A DNA stretch of 58,540 nt, counting the filler, from Basidiobolus ranarum (taxonomy: Eukaryota), in the NCBI GenBank assembly GCA_040143965.1. It is 5 parts of 5 records of this genome, joined end to end, with 100 filler letters (N's around TTAATTAATTAA, not from the genome) between each part and the next. Parts side by side here need not be neighbours in the genome. Positions count along the whole stretch, not along the records: positions 46,972 to 58,540 come from JASJQH010000603.1; 4 more parts are not named here. The stretch is one strand, 5' to 3'. Both the position numbers and the translations under genes were made by a program. Below the pieces are notes generated by a model, which was not told where the DNA came from, did not search any database, and worked only from the letters and a program-made list of their open reading frames with translations. This document shows, one piece after another, positions 46,972 through 58,540 of the stretch (positions within the stretch are counted from its first letter, which is position 1; the number at the start of each line of letters is the position of its first letter).

Positions 46972-47858
46972 TAAGTTAGTTGGCTTACCAATGAACCGCT
47001 ACCGGTTTTCCTTCTTCACTCACTCACGAACTCACTCACACACCTTCTAACCCCCCCTGATTGGCTCCCCCCGGTGGGGGGGCATGTAGATACAATAAGC
47101 AATAACAATTTTCCGTTTCAAATTCATTTAAATGATTAGATAATAAGTAGCCAATCACTTGATCCGATTCTCAGTAACCGTAATCACACAATAACCTAAC
47201 CCTATATCATCAACCACCCAACACTCAACCACCCAGAGGTTCAACTGTTGTTAGCATGAAAAATACTAATCGACTAACGGTACAAGCATTAATTGTCGTA
47301 TTAATTATGGCATTGGTTGCCGCGTTCTCAGGATAATGCGTAATATTCTCGCATGATTGACAAACGTTAATCTTATCCCAAATCTCATGCACAAAAAGGA
47401 AAAATCTCTATAAGCAGTGGGGATCTGTATTATAAGGCTGAGGCCACAGACCACTCAATGTTGGATGCGTATTGAAATGGCTAATTTGTTTACTTTTGGA
47501 ATGACCAATCCCAGGTTTCTCATTAATACGTCAACCACCGCTTATTTATACGACTAGACTCAGAAGGAGTAATGTAAAAGTTAATGTTCCCAAATTTATC
47601 CTAATGAAGTATTCGTAATCTTTTTTTCTCATAGGTATTTCCTTTTTTTTCTCCAATTTAATTGTTACAATCCAATTCTTAGATCATTTCGGATTTCTTT
47701 TTAAAAAGAGGGTTGACGCTTGACAGCATAATTATTATCACTTTATCATTCGGCTTTTTCGTTGAGATCCCCAACCATTTACTTTATTCTTTATTGACAG
47801 TGCCGTGGTTGGTGCCCACATATTTTACACGATAGAATAGTCTTATTATTACACAGAC

Positions 47859-48866
47859 ATGGCCTCACACACAATGGAAAAGCAAACCAAGAGAGCTTCG
47901 CCATATGCTATCGCTCGACGCAAGCGTGCATCTAAGAATACTCGTGTTTCCAACCGGGAGACCACTAAAAGAACCAGTCCAAAGAATTCTTTACCTACTG
48001 ATAACTCTGCATCAGCTGGTCCTCGAATTCTTACACCACGTGAACAAGTTTTGGTAGCCTACGCTGGCGTATACGTTCCTGAATCGAATCACGTACAAGC
48101 GCCGGTATTGAAAAGATTGTTTGCATTTAAGAATATCCTTAGCCTTTCCCCTCAACTAATATCTGTAGCTGGAAAACTCATACAAGCTCACTGGGAATCC
48201 ACGGCTATTTCTGATGAACTAACACCTGGTGATCGGAATCAAACAGCACGTTCTATGCATCTTACCGGCTACATCTCAGCTATATTGGCCAGATCTTTGA
48301 TGCTGCAATCGAATTCAGTAGCTTCCAAGTTCCCACCCTTTCCCACTGTTGCCTTGGTCTTTGCTCTAATTTACGTGGAAAGATTGAAGAAATTACATCC
48401 CAATGCACGCGGTGAGGCTGGGTGTGGACATCGTTTGTTCCTGGTTTCGTATATGGTTGCTTGCAAATATCTCCAGGGACATATATTAGCTTGGGGTAAC
48501 CACACCCCAACCAAATCTGGTAGGGCAGCTTCAGTACCAGTTACAAGAGAGCCACATCGTGTTTCATCCTCGCCACAACATTCAACACCCCTTGAACACT
48601 CGTCAGTTCTCCCATCCATAATTCTGCCTAACGAGCAATGGGCGCGTTTGAGTGGTGTATTCTCCACTCCGGAATTAACCAGAATGGAACTTGAGCTACT
48701 TGCTTTTTTACAATTTGATTTAAACGTCTCCTATGAAGATTTCAACTATCATTGGAGCAAATATATGGATATCAACCAACTGGTACCCAATGAACAGCCA
48801 TCGATTGTCAGCACCCATACGGTTTTTGAGGAGACTGATGATGAGGGAGTTGTCCCAGACTTTTGA
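47859..48866 (+). CDS. Pho80/PCL-type cyclin-like protein
   Basis: ALVFALIYVERLK..GCGHRLFLVSYMVACKYL..NEQWARLSGVFSTPELTRMELELLAFLQFDLNV. Confidence 0.85.
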   Translation: MASHTMEKQTKRASPYAIARRKRASKNTRVSNRETTKRTSPKNSLPTDNSASAGPRILTPREQVLVAYAGVYVPESNHVQAPVLKRLFAFKNILSLSPQLISVAGKLIQAHWESTAISDELTPGDRNQTARSMHLTGYISAILARSLMLQSNSVASKFPPFPTVALVFALIYVERLKKLHPNARGEAGCGHRLFLVSYMVACKYLQGHILAWGNHTPTKSGRAASVPVTREPHRVSSSPQHSTPLEHSSVLPSIILPNEQWARLSGVFSTPELTRMELELLAFLQFDLNVSYEDFNYHWSKYMDINQLVPNEQPSIVSTHTVFEETDDEGVVPDF

Positions 48867-49886
48867 TTACTTTTTGGGTGAATCGTTTCTATTGTATGTA
48901 TTCTTTTTTTCGTTTTCATATTTGCATTCACTCTCGTACTCGCATTACATGTTAAAGCGCTTGTTAATTTCGTTGATTCTTGATTTTTGTATTATAGTAC
49001 TCACATCATATTTAGACTGTAAAATGGTTGATTATGAACCTGTATATAGTTCTTCTAATTTTAATAAAAATCATTGTGATATCTATGTTGAACCACCTAG
49101 TGTTATCCCACATGAACGCCTTCTCTTGAGCACCATTCATAATGTGTGAATGCGTAAGTTCTAGACTTCTCGAGTGTCCCAGAGAACGCCTAATTCAAAG
49201 GAGGAGGGTTGTTACACTGAGAGTTGATTTGTTGTCGATATTCCGAAGGATTGTTAACAATAATCGTTTGGAAGTTCGAATCCCATTACCGGGAATTTAA
49301 TTAGGTTCATAGTCATCCCCAGCATCATCACTAACTCATTTGCCAATGGTTATTGATATTGCATCATCAAAATTGGAATAATCCTAGTGTTAATTCTATT
49401 CCACTGGATACCACTAGTAAGCCTGTCAAACCTCTTACATATAGATAGATATAAGGTGTGTGGGAAGGAGTCATTTTAAATTCTTGTTAATCAAACCAGA
49501 ATATGCTTATTTGCGACCAAAAGCCTCCATTTCCCCATTTTTCGTAGAGAAGATTAAATTGAATTGGAATCACTATGTTACCTATACATATATATATAAA
49601 TACGTATATATTGCTAGCTGTGAATTCCAAGTTTAAATATATCTTTATTACAGAAGTAGAGGTGTGGAAATATAGTAGCTTTAGATTAGCACCAAGTCAA
49701 TTAGTGGTGATTAATGGGAGTCTAAATAGATTGTGCAATCTAGTTTGTATGTTAGCAGTAATCTGGTGAAGAGATCACAACATATGTATGCTAAAATAGG
49801 AAGGCATCCCTTTTAGCACAATATATTAAATGCTACAATTGTTGTGTAAATCGGTTTCGCATCAGGAGTAAGCTATGTCAACGCAA

Positions 49887-52823
49887 TCAAAGTTTCAGTT
49901 CGTTTAAAATCCTAGAGCACGCATTTTTATATTCCCAAGGGTGTCCAGCTAATCTTCTAAATCGGATACCGTGAAGGCCAGGTAGCCATGGGATTTTTAC
50001 GATGCTAATTCTAAATCTGGTTGAAGAGTAATTAGATTCAGTCGGTGTGGGCTCTTCTAACTCGATTTGTGGTTGATCGTGCGAAGATGGGGTTGGTTTC
50101 AATGAGGTTTCTGATCTAACGGGCCCACTTTCTTCTGAGCTTTGACGACCTGTTGCACCACGCGGAATTGTAAGGCTTGGCACGGAGTCTGAGTCCTCGG
50201 GGATTTTTTGAAGTGTTTGTGGCTCATCCGATCTGGAGGTAGCTACTGAGGAGTTGGTATTATCTGAGAGTCGAGTAAATCCACTTCGGGCGTCTTCCTC
50301 AACATTCGATAGTATGCACTCAAAATAGCCGGACCCTTCTCTCCATATAAATCCAAGTTTGTCTAATATCCGGATGATATCAGTTCTTAGGATGGCGGGC
50401 TTTTTGGTGCTGGTAGTGGCCACAGAGAATAAGCCTTTGAGAAATACTGGTTTAACATACGAATCCACTGTTTCCTGTTTATGCGAGCAATTAGAATGAG
50501 TAAGACTACGAGTGGGACTTTGCTCTCGATCCTCAGCCATTCTTGAGTGACTTCGGGTTGGAGATCGATTTATACGAAGGAACGGAGGACGACTACGTGA
50601 CTGTCGCTTTGTACTTGAAGATTCCCTAGAGATTGGTGTTGTTTCTTCGTTCGATCTGCGTCTTCTTCTAGGAAGGTTAGATTCTTTGAGACTAGTCGCT
50701 CGAGAAATTATGATACTTAGTTTATTGCCGAGGTTTTCCCGACCAGACTTCCTCGTATGGAGGTCACGATCAATTCCACAGTCCGGCAGGGGTTGATCTT
50801 GATTAAGTGGGGTTCTGTTCATTGGCGTCAAGTTTGATTCTGCTCCATAGCTATTGAAGTCATCTGGATTGTTTTCATCATCTGAGAGCAGCTGATGCAG
50901 TTGCTGTTTATGCTGACTACGTCTACCGGATTTAATGGCTTGACTTATTCGTCTAAACACTCCGCTAGCTGTGGTGCTCTTACTTCTTCTGTGTTTGCTA
51001 TTATTAGCATATTCGTCATCAGGTCCAGTTATGGAGTCTTTGTTGCTTTTGTCGCTCTTGTAGCCTGTTGCAGCCGTCTTTCGTGGATCAAGATGTGACC
51101 TTTCATGAATACTCATGGGAATTTCGCCATCTTCTTTAGATTGGGATGATGGTATATCAGCAACTTGATCTTCTGGTATGGACTGAAGAGATGTTGAAGA
51201 GGTACCCGAGATGATCTTTTTCTGCTCTTTCTCCATTTTTTCTTTCACTAGGTGGTAGATGGATAGAAGTGGATGATCTACAGTATTATCAGAAGTGTTT
51301 CCTCTTTTCAAATATCCACTTATGCGAGAGAAACTAGAGTTATGATGGCCGGAGGTTGTTTGGTTTTGATAAGCGTCACCACGGACGATTGCTTCGATCT
51401 CGTCCCGAATGCGTTCTTCTGAGCCAAATTCAAACCCAGTCATATTGCGGATAACTTCCATGTTCAATGGAAGCTGTATCGGCTTCCTAACAGGAAAAAA
51501 GTTGTTCGGCGGACCATCAAAGCCTTTATTCATCCACACATGACGCATCACTTCAGCCATAGTAGCTCTCTCTGAAGGGTTAGTTACCAACATTCGTGAA
51601 AGTAGGTGTTTACATTCTATGAAAACGTCCGTTTGATTAGTATACATTAGTTATATAGATGCCAGTTTTCTTGAACTTTACCGCTACTCAGCCAAGTTGG
51701 ATACTCTACATGCCCTTTCTTAATCTTTGCATGTAAAGCTGGGAGGTTTTGGTCATCGAATGGCACTTTCCCACATACTAAAACATACAAAACTATCCCC
51801 ATACTCCAAATGTCGACTTCTGGTCCGGTATAGGCCCGAGCATGAAGTAGTTCTGGTGCGGCAAAATACAAGGAGCCACAAAAAGTAGAGAGGTGGGATC
51901 GAGTAGAAAAGAGATTCGAGAGGCCAAAGTCGATTAGTTTGATGGAACCATCGTCGGCAATCAATATATTTTCAATCTTAAGGTCTGAGAAACTGTCAGT
52001 ACTAAACAGGAAACTTTTAGATTATCTCAAATATTCCTACCTCTATGAACAATCGAGTTTTTATGGCAATATTCTATGATAAATCAACATACTGTGAGTT
52101 GAAGAAAAGGTAATGCTCACAACTGACGCTTGATTTTACCTAAAGCGGAGCATATTTGGCGAGCGAAATTTCGAGCTTGTTTCTCCTTTAATCGTCCATG
52201 ACTAATGATATAATCCAGCATTTGACCACCGCTGACATACTCGAGGATTAGGTAGTAATGGCGATTATGAATAATCATCTCTTTCATCTTGACAATATTA
52301 GGATGATCCAGAAGTGACATAATGGCTGCTTCCCGAATCACTCGAGTTTCTTTATTCTCTTCTTTAGCAGCCGCCTCTGAAGACCTTTTTTGAATAGTTT
52401 CACGATCGACTCTGGGGATTACCTTTATCGCTACCTATCCATTAAAAATAAACGTTAATACTAGCGAATCAAATCCCAAATAAGTGGACCCACCTTTTCA
52501 CCAGTTTCCATATGAATACCTAGTTTAACTTTTCCCATACTACCAGCACCCAAAGTTTTACTGAATTGGTATTCGCCAATACTACGTCGGACTTTGGTAC
52601 TTTTCTCGGGTCCCTTATACATCTTCATTACTGTGGAATTTTTTTCCGTTGTTTCGCTTGCTTTCACATTTTTCATAAAATTCTCGTCAAGTGTTTCTTC
52701 AGGAATGGTGGCTTCCTGTAGTACTGGAGTCAACGAATTTGAACAATTACCAATATCGCTTGGACTTGGAACATTTGAAAGAAACCCCTCGGCTGAACCC
52801 GAGGTAAGGACCTTATGAGGCAT
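49887..52823 (-). CDS. KIN1: Kin1/PAR-1/MARK family Ser/Thr kinase with C-terminal KA1 domain, 4 introns
   Basis: [70 protein letters not shown]1 region [45 protein letters not shown]. Confidence 0.93.
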
Positions 52824-55222
52824 TGCTTTTAGAGTGATGGAAAGATAGTGGTCACACTTTAAATTCCTCAATTTGTATGCTTATATTAGCTGTAAGTAAG
52901 AAGTAATTCAGAAACAAACTTGTATCAATTAGCTGGTAAAAGTCAGGTATTTGAATAAAGTAAGGTAGGCCCTATCTGGTTGGCTTTCAGGATAGTTACT
53001 TGGGGATTCTAAAGATACAGATGAGAAGATTCGTTTTTTAAAAGCTACAGGTTATTGGAATAATTGGAGAGTGACTGGCTTTGCCAATGGGAGTAAAGAA
53101 ATGGACGAAAATAAGTAGAATTGTGAAGTTAGCGGAGAGGAATAAGACTTTAGAGTTAGAGTTGCGAGTGGTTGAGAAGAATGAAGAGATCAGTCACTTG
53201 CCAGAGTGAATTCAGCCAATTAAGAGTAAAGAAAAGAAATATATAGTCCAATTATATCGAATAAACTAGACTAATATCTTTAATGAGGTTAGGCGGTGAT
53301 ATGGCCATATATTTGATGGTAATTGGAAAGTATCCAATGAAATTGGAAATAAATATTTATCAGAGAAACACATGTACAAACGTGGTTAATCTAGTTGCAG
53401 CATGATTCCAAACCTCCTAACGATAGAAATATGTGATGTATGCATAAGTAATTAACAGATACTGTACTGTTAGCTTATGACAAGGTTACCGAGAGAATCT
53501 GGAAATATAGCGATTGTAGTAGTAACAGAGGCAGTGCAGGTTGGAGGAGGTGATAGATGATAGTGAGGTACATTAATGGTAGCTAGGGTTAGATAAATGG
53601 TGACCATTGAATTTCGGAGAGTAAAAATGATTCCATACTGGATTTAGGGTTAGGATCAATGCAAGCCTCATTTAATTGGTAGGTTCAAGCTATTCTTAGA
53701 AGGTCCTTAGCTAAAAGCGATGCAGTGATAATAAGAGTAATATAGCACAGAACGGGTTGTTAACCATTGTTACTTCAAGTATTATCAAATCCATGTATAT
53801 CTCGAGTGCTTGTAGAGTGCTTGTAATATGAATAGTTAAGATCGTTCTCTCAACATCGTAGCTATATGTAACTGCACAGTATACATCACCTTTTCTTTCC
53901 ACTCCTTGACTAATTTATGTTTGACCATGGATTAATTAATGCATTCCCAATCTATATACAACCCTAGATGTGCATAATTTTGAATAATATAGAGATTTAG
54001 AATTGATTGCATTTTTTTAATTTTGAATAATGTGGATATTTAGAATTACTCCAAGGAAGATAAAGCGCATCCGTGGGCTTAAGGATGTAGTGAATACACT
54101 GGACTAGCTAGTCACCAGTATGCTGCTACATTAACCCGCTGTATTTATATGGGAGTTTCGAGAATTGAAGCCAATCCTAGGCTGATCCGGAATATACGTT
54201 AGAGAATATACATTAGATATAATAGAAATTATAGGGTTAGGATTATTCTGCTAGGACTTGTAGCCACTGGAAGAATAATAGTCCCAACAAATGCCATAAG
54301 CCGAATCTAGGGGACTTCAATTGGCTGTCGAGAGATTATTAACGCTTACATCCAATGGTGACTACCTGCCAAAGAGTGTCCAATTGAAATCTTTTGTTTC
54401 CTAGTGAAGATCTGAGTAATCGTGCTCAATCACGGGGTGGTCATGCTGTTGCATTATCGATGTTTTCGTATTAGAGTAAATTGTCATGCTCAAACGCAAG
54501 GATCATGGCTAAATCTCACACTTTACTTCCCTATATTTTCCTGTGGTTAAAGACTTTCCTCTATTCTTGTATATTTACTATTATAGGCAGTATGAAGCAC
54601 CAGGCAATAAAGTGGTTGCACCTTATTTCTTCCGAAAAGAAGGAAATAGATAAATCACTGATGGTTACCATTCTTGCGCAAACAGTTAAACTTGCTCAGC
54701 AGACCATGAATATAAGATCCCAGTCATAAAAAGATCCTTGCACTATAGGTTCTATATTTTAAAGGGAATACCAGAAAGAGAGTACCTGAATGATTGATTA
54801 TTTCTATCTAAGCACAAGAGTAATTCCAGAAAGACTTAATTCTATTTAACCATGAAATCAATTCCAGAAATACTTGCACTGCTTCTTGAAGCCATACAAA
54901 AATATACTACATACACTCTAAGCACCAGAAATCAACTAGTCAAACTCAACCCCCTACACTCTCTTCCATCTATATTCCATTCTTTTTGTCGATCTCTGGT
55001 TGATCTAGAGCTTGCAGTCTTCTTGTGTTCCACATTTAGGTTCTGACCCAACGTTTTGCCAATTCACCAGCAAATTACTTGTTAACCCTTCTAAACTGCC
55101 AAGATTCAATGTAGAATGTGAGGCAAAGATTATAAAAGGACATGGATTGAGTTTATTCTGCATATGTAGGTATTAATGATATATTCTAAATGAATAGATA
55201 ATGCTTGTCGAGTCTGCCTAAG

Positions 55223-56174
55223 TTAAGCTATAGATGTTTCTTGTAGGCGCCTATTGGAGCTAACCGCATCATTGGATTTTTTAGAGCTCGCCCAGGTCCA
55301 GCCAGGAGTAAGCGAGTGGACTTTTGAGTTGCCGTTCTTATTACCGCGTCTCATATCTTTAGCTAAGGCCTCAAGCTGAGCAATGCACATCTTAGACTCA
55401 ATTGCCCCTGTTTTATATTGATTAGATAATACTCTCTCAATAGGAGACTGGAAAACACTTACATTTGGTCTGCAGTAAGACTTCCGGATTTAGTCCAAAG
55501 GAGACGTTATTGACCATACATGAAAGCAAGATTAGGTTTACCGCGGCGCTAACCATGGTATATCCAGCACCACCTTCTCTGAATACCTTCGAATACCTAT
55601 CTGGTTGTTGATAAATTCTAATCCCAACTATAACCATCCACCACGCGAATAGAAATGCATTCAGCGTGATCTCGGTCATTAGCATGGTAATAAATGCTTT
55701 TACATCCAATATTGGCAGACATTCACTAAATTTCCCAGTTATATTGACTAGAGTAACGGCGAATTTGAGGGTTGTGCAAAGTTTGACCACGTGGAGTAGA
55801 ATGGTGATCATCCCATAGACATGTCGCAGAGGAGTGTCTGCGAAGCAACGGTGCCCCATAATCATCGTGGCTAGTCCTGTGCTGATGTAGTAGAATACGA
55901 CGTTGAAATAACCTTTGAAGTGGCAATCGGTCATAAAAAAATAATCACTGATACGGCATAGATGGCAAGATACTCCAGCAAAAGACTCAAGCATGTTGAA
56001 AATGAAGTACTTGTTGCTTGGAAACTGGCGATTCAGTTGTAATGAACGATATGCATTACTGATATGAACTATCAGGGTGGCTGAAAAGATTAACATGGCC
56101 ATGTTGGTCATGAGATACCATTCAACCTCGAATGTCACCAGGTCGGAGGGTTTCGCGTTCATTGTTTGATTCAT
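55223..56174 (-). CDS. Orphan multi-pass (6-7 TM, GPCR-like) membrane protein, 1 intron
   Basis: Successive hydrophobic helices with loop Cys residues; GTAAG..CAG intron (~55408-55462) joins QTK-W-AIESKMCIAQLEAL to a short cytosolic tail ending in TAA at 55223-55225. Confidence 0.7.
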
Positions 56175-57757
56175 ACTATCACAATATGGCAATGGTGAAG
56201 TTGCGAAAGATAAATAGATGAGTTCAGCCTCAAAGTGAATGGATATTTGGAGAGAGTAGAGGACAATAATTGTTAAGCGTGTAAAGGTGGCTTATATACG
56301 GCTATTTGCACTAAAGAGTGGACAATGTTTTTAGCAAGTGATATACTCCATGTACATAAGAATATGCAATTATCCTAACAGTAATCGATCAGCAGTACAT
56401 CTAGTATTACCTAAGATATGTGCGACATATATTAGCTCATTTTGGTATTTTCTCCGCTTATCATTACGATGGTTGACTATCGTTACGGCTATTGTTACAG
56501 TTATAACACGGTAGTTGATGAAGTCAAAGGATCGATCATCCCAGCACTAAGGGATGTGGTAATAGGAACGCTAAGGGATATGTGGTAATGATGGCAGAAA
56601 TCATGACTTGCCCCTATCCCCTCTATTGGGCGGCTATTGACAAATGCATAACAAAGCTTAGCTTTTGAAAGTTTCATTGCATATCACTCGACAATGCGAA
56701 TTAGGAAAGCTGTTTCATGAAACGTTAATCCACCAAACGGGTTAGCAAGATGTAGGAACCATGGCCGATCGGATGTTTGTACATGCTGCGTGAATAATTG
56801 GAAAGACAACAATACATCATAACTGTGAACTTATAAAGAGTAAGCGAGGGATGCATGGTTGTTTATACTTCTCAATAATCTGAATTTAATATGCCGATAA
56901 TCCTTAATGTGAGTAAGCTATAGTAACCTTTTATAAGCGTATCGCGGTACAATCTCTAAGTATATCGCGTTGCAATCTCACACATACCAATACATGCATT
57001 AGATTACTCTTATGCAATAAATCTCTTCTGGAATGAATGCAGATTTACAATTTCTGACTAATTCTCCGCACTATCGTAGTCAAGTATCTCCCTGCCTTTT
57101 GGGTACAAAAGCATTTGTAGTACCATCAATAGGTTGTCATCAATAGGTTGCGTTCACTTATGTATCTATGCTACTCTGTCAACTAGAATCATTAGCATTT
57201 ACACAACGGATTTTGAATGAGAAAAAAAGAGTGGGTATTCCTGATGATATCACAATACTAATGGTATAGCAACAAAAAACCTGTTGTCAAACCCTACCAT
57301 CTTTATATCAAATTACTTCAAATGGGTGGAAATATTTGCCATAGTTACTAAAGGCAATGGAAATGGAATGAAAATTTTGTAATTCAAGTTAGATATGAAA
57401 GTAATATGCATATAAACTAAAAGGGGGCATATAGTATATATATATATAGTTCTTCTGGGCCAAGTGTAACAGAGTAAGAGAGATGAATCTGCGGCATGGA
57501 GAGAGCACACTTGGTTGGATATGGTTACCTCTTAAATTAGAGGATGAATAGAGAAATCTCTCCCTCTATTCCAGTTAAAGTTATCTTTACTTAATGATAA
57601 CCGATTTACTACTAGTTATGCCATTCATCAAAAACATGACTTGTGCAAACCAAAAATCAATTTCTTGAACGATATTCTAACAATGATGACGGTTTGCGAC
57701 TGACATGCGCATATATAAGTATACGTTAATTTGTGATTTCCATTTCTGATTGAATAT

Positions 57758-57830
57758 GGCCCTGTAGCTCAGTGGATAGAGCGTCCGCCTCCTAAGCGGA
57801 AAGTCCCGGGTTCGACCCCCGGTTGGGTTG
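57758..57830 (+). tRNA. tRNA-Arg(CCT)
   Basis: TAGCTCAGTGGATAGAGC D-arm, TCCGC-CTCCTAA-GCGGA anticodon arm, CCGGG-TTCGACC-CCCGG T-arm, T-run downstream; weak acceptor stem. Confidence 0.85.
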
Positions 57831-58435
57831 TCTTTTATTGTGTTTTTCTTTAGTTATCAATACAATGATTAGTAGAATTTACAGCATTATCAACACCATT
57901 TCTAGAAGGAGTATAGAAACCATTGGTACTACATGTTTCAAATGTAACCAGAAAAGCTTGGGAGCCTCGATAGACTTTTGTATTTTGTTCACAAAAGTCT
58001 AAATGTATCTTTCTGCATGTAAATTATATAAAAAGCTACTATTACAAAGCAGTAGTGATTCCCATTGTTACTAGTTGTGAAAGATCCAGAAAGAACTATG
58101 ACAATACACTCCATAGGCAGTAATAGCTGTCAAAGGGTGCAAGCTTTAATGTGTACTATTGTAAATTCAATAAGGCAGTTCTACCCTGGGAGTAGAATTC
58201 CATTAGCCAAACAAATACTACCTATCCCTCACTACTCAAAGTATCTAAACGAAGTAAGTAGTAGTTATTCATCTAGCACTCACAGAATGTTAAGTCTAGC
58301 TGCCTAGCAGACTCAGGCTATTCTCAAGATTCAAACAAGTCCAAATTTTTCTGGATAATGTCTTCTGCACTGACAGTAAAAAGATTTGCACTTCACTATA
58401 TCTATAGTTAAACAATATTTATATGCATATATATG

Positions 58436-58540
58436 TGTTAAAGTATTTGGGAGCCTGTTGGAAGTGGTTTGGAGAATTAGAGGAATTGGTGGTTTTCACT
58501 TATTGATTTATTGAGTAGAAAGTTGACATTTATAGTTTTG
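58436..58540 (+). mobile_element. MITE family copy (one end, runs off window)
   Basis: TGTTAAAGTATTTGGGAGCCTGTTGGAAGTGGTTTGGAGAATTAGAG... matches 39277 onward. Confidence 0.88.

Noticed and set aside
23499..58540. MITE ends at 23667 and 58436 as borders of a 35-kb composite transposon or giant element
   Set aside because: Both ends face outward and lie on different concatenated segments separated by linkers

Overview
Eukaryotic, intron-rich, AT-rich DNA from an early-diverging fungus (Basidiobolus/Zoopagomycota-like by gene content and short introns; this is inference). The window is not one locus. Four 100-nt N linkers carrying TTAATTAATTAA split it into five ~11.6-kb segments whose lengths descend (at least 11657, then 11641, 11638, 11635, at least 11569), most likely size-sorted concatenated contigs. 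Segment 1: 3' end of an unknown gene, a CBM19-repeat pseudogene, a DHHC palmitoyltransferase with micro-exons, and an unknown membrane protein. Segment 2: almost entirely CpG-depleted transposon relics (a Ty1/copia arranged RT/RH-LTR-gag-IN-RT, Ty3/gypsy-like gag/protease, two CACTA transposases). Segment 3: DMT/SLC35-like transporter, OLA1, RIX7, CWC2, tRNA-Thr(CGT), a secreted CAP protein and a truncated 2OG-Fe(II) oxygenase. Segment 4: coiled-coil ORF, a 351-bp TGT..ACA MITE, a FetB/STAR2-like (UPF0014) permease and a 7TM-RGS fusion. Segment 5: PCL/Pho80-like cyclin, Kin1/MARK kinase, an orphan multi-TM protein, tRNA-Arg(CCT) and a MITE end. I found no clearly novel multi-gene system. The best leads are the permuted single-LTR copia, the repeat-restricted CpG loss, the Ginger-like MITE family, the Met-like tRNA-Thr, the 7TM-RGS fusion and the 12-nt catalytic micro-exon.
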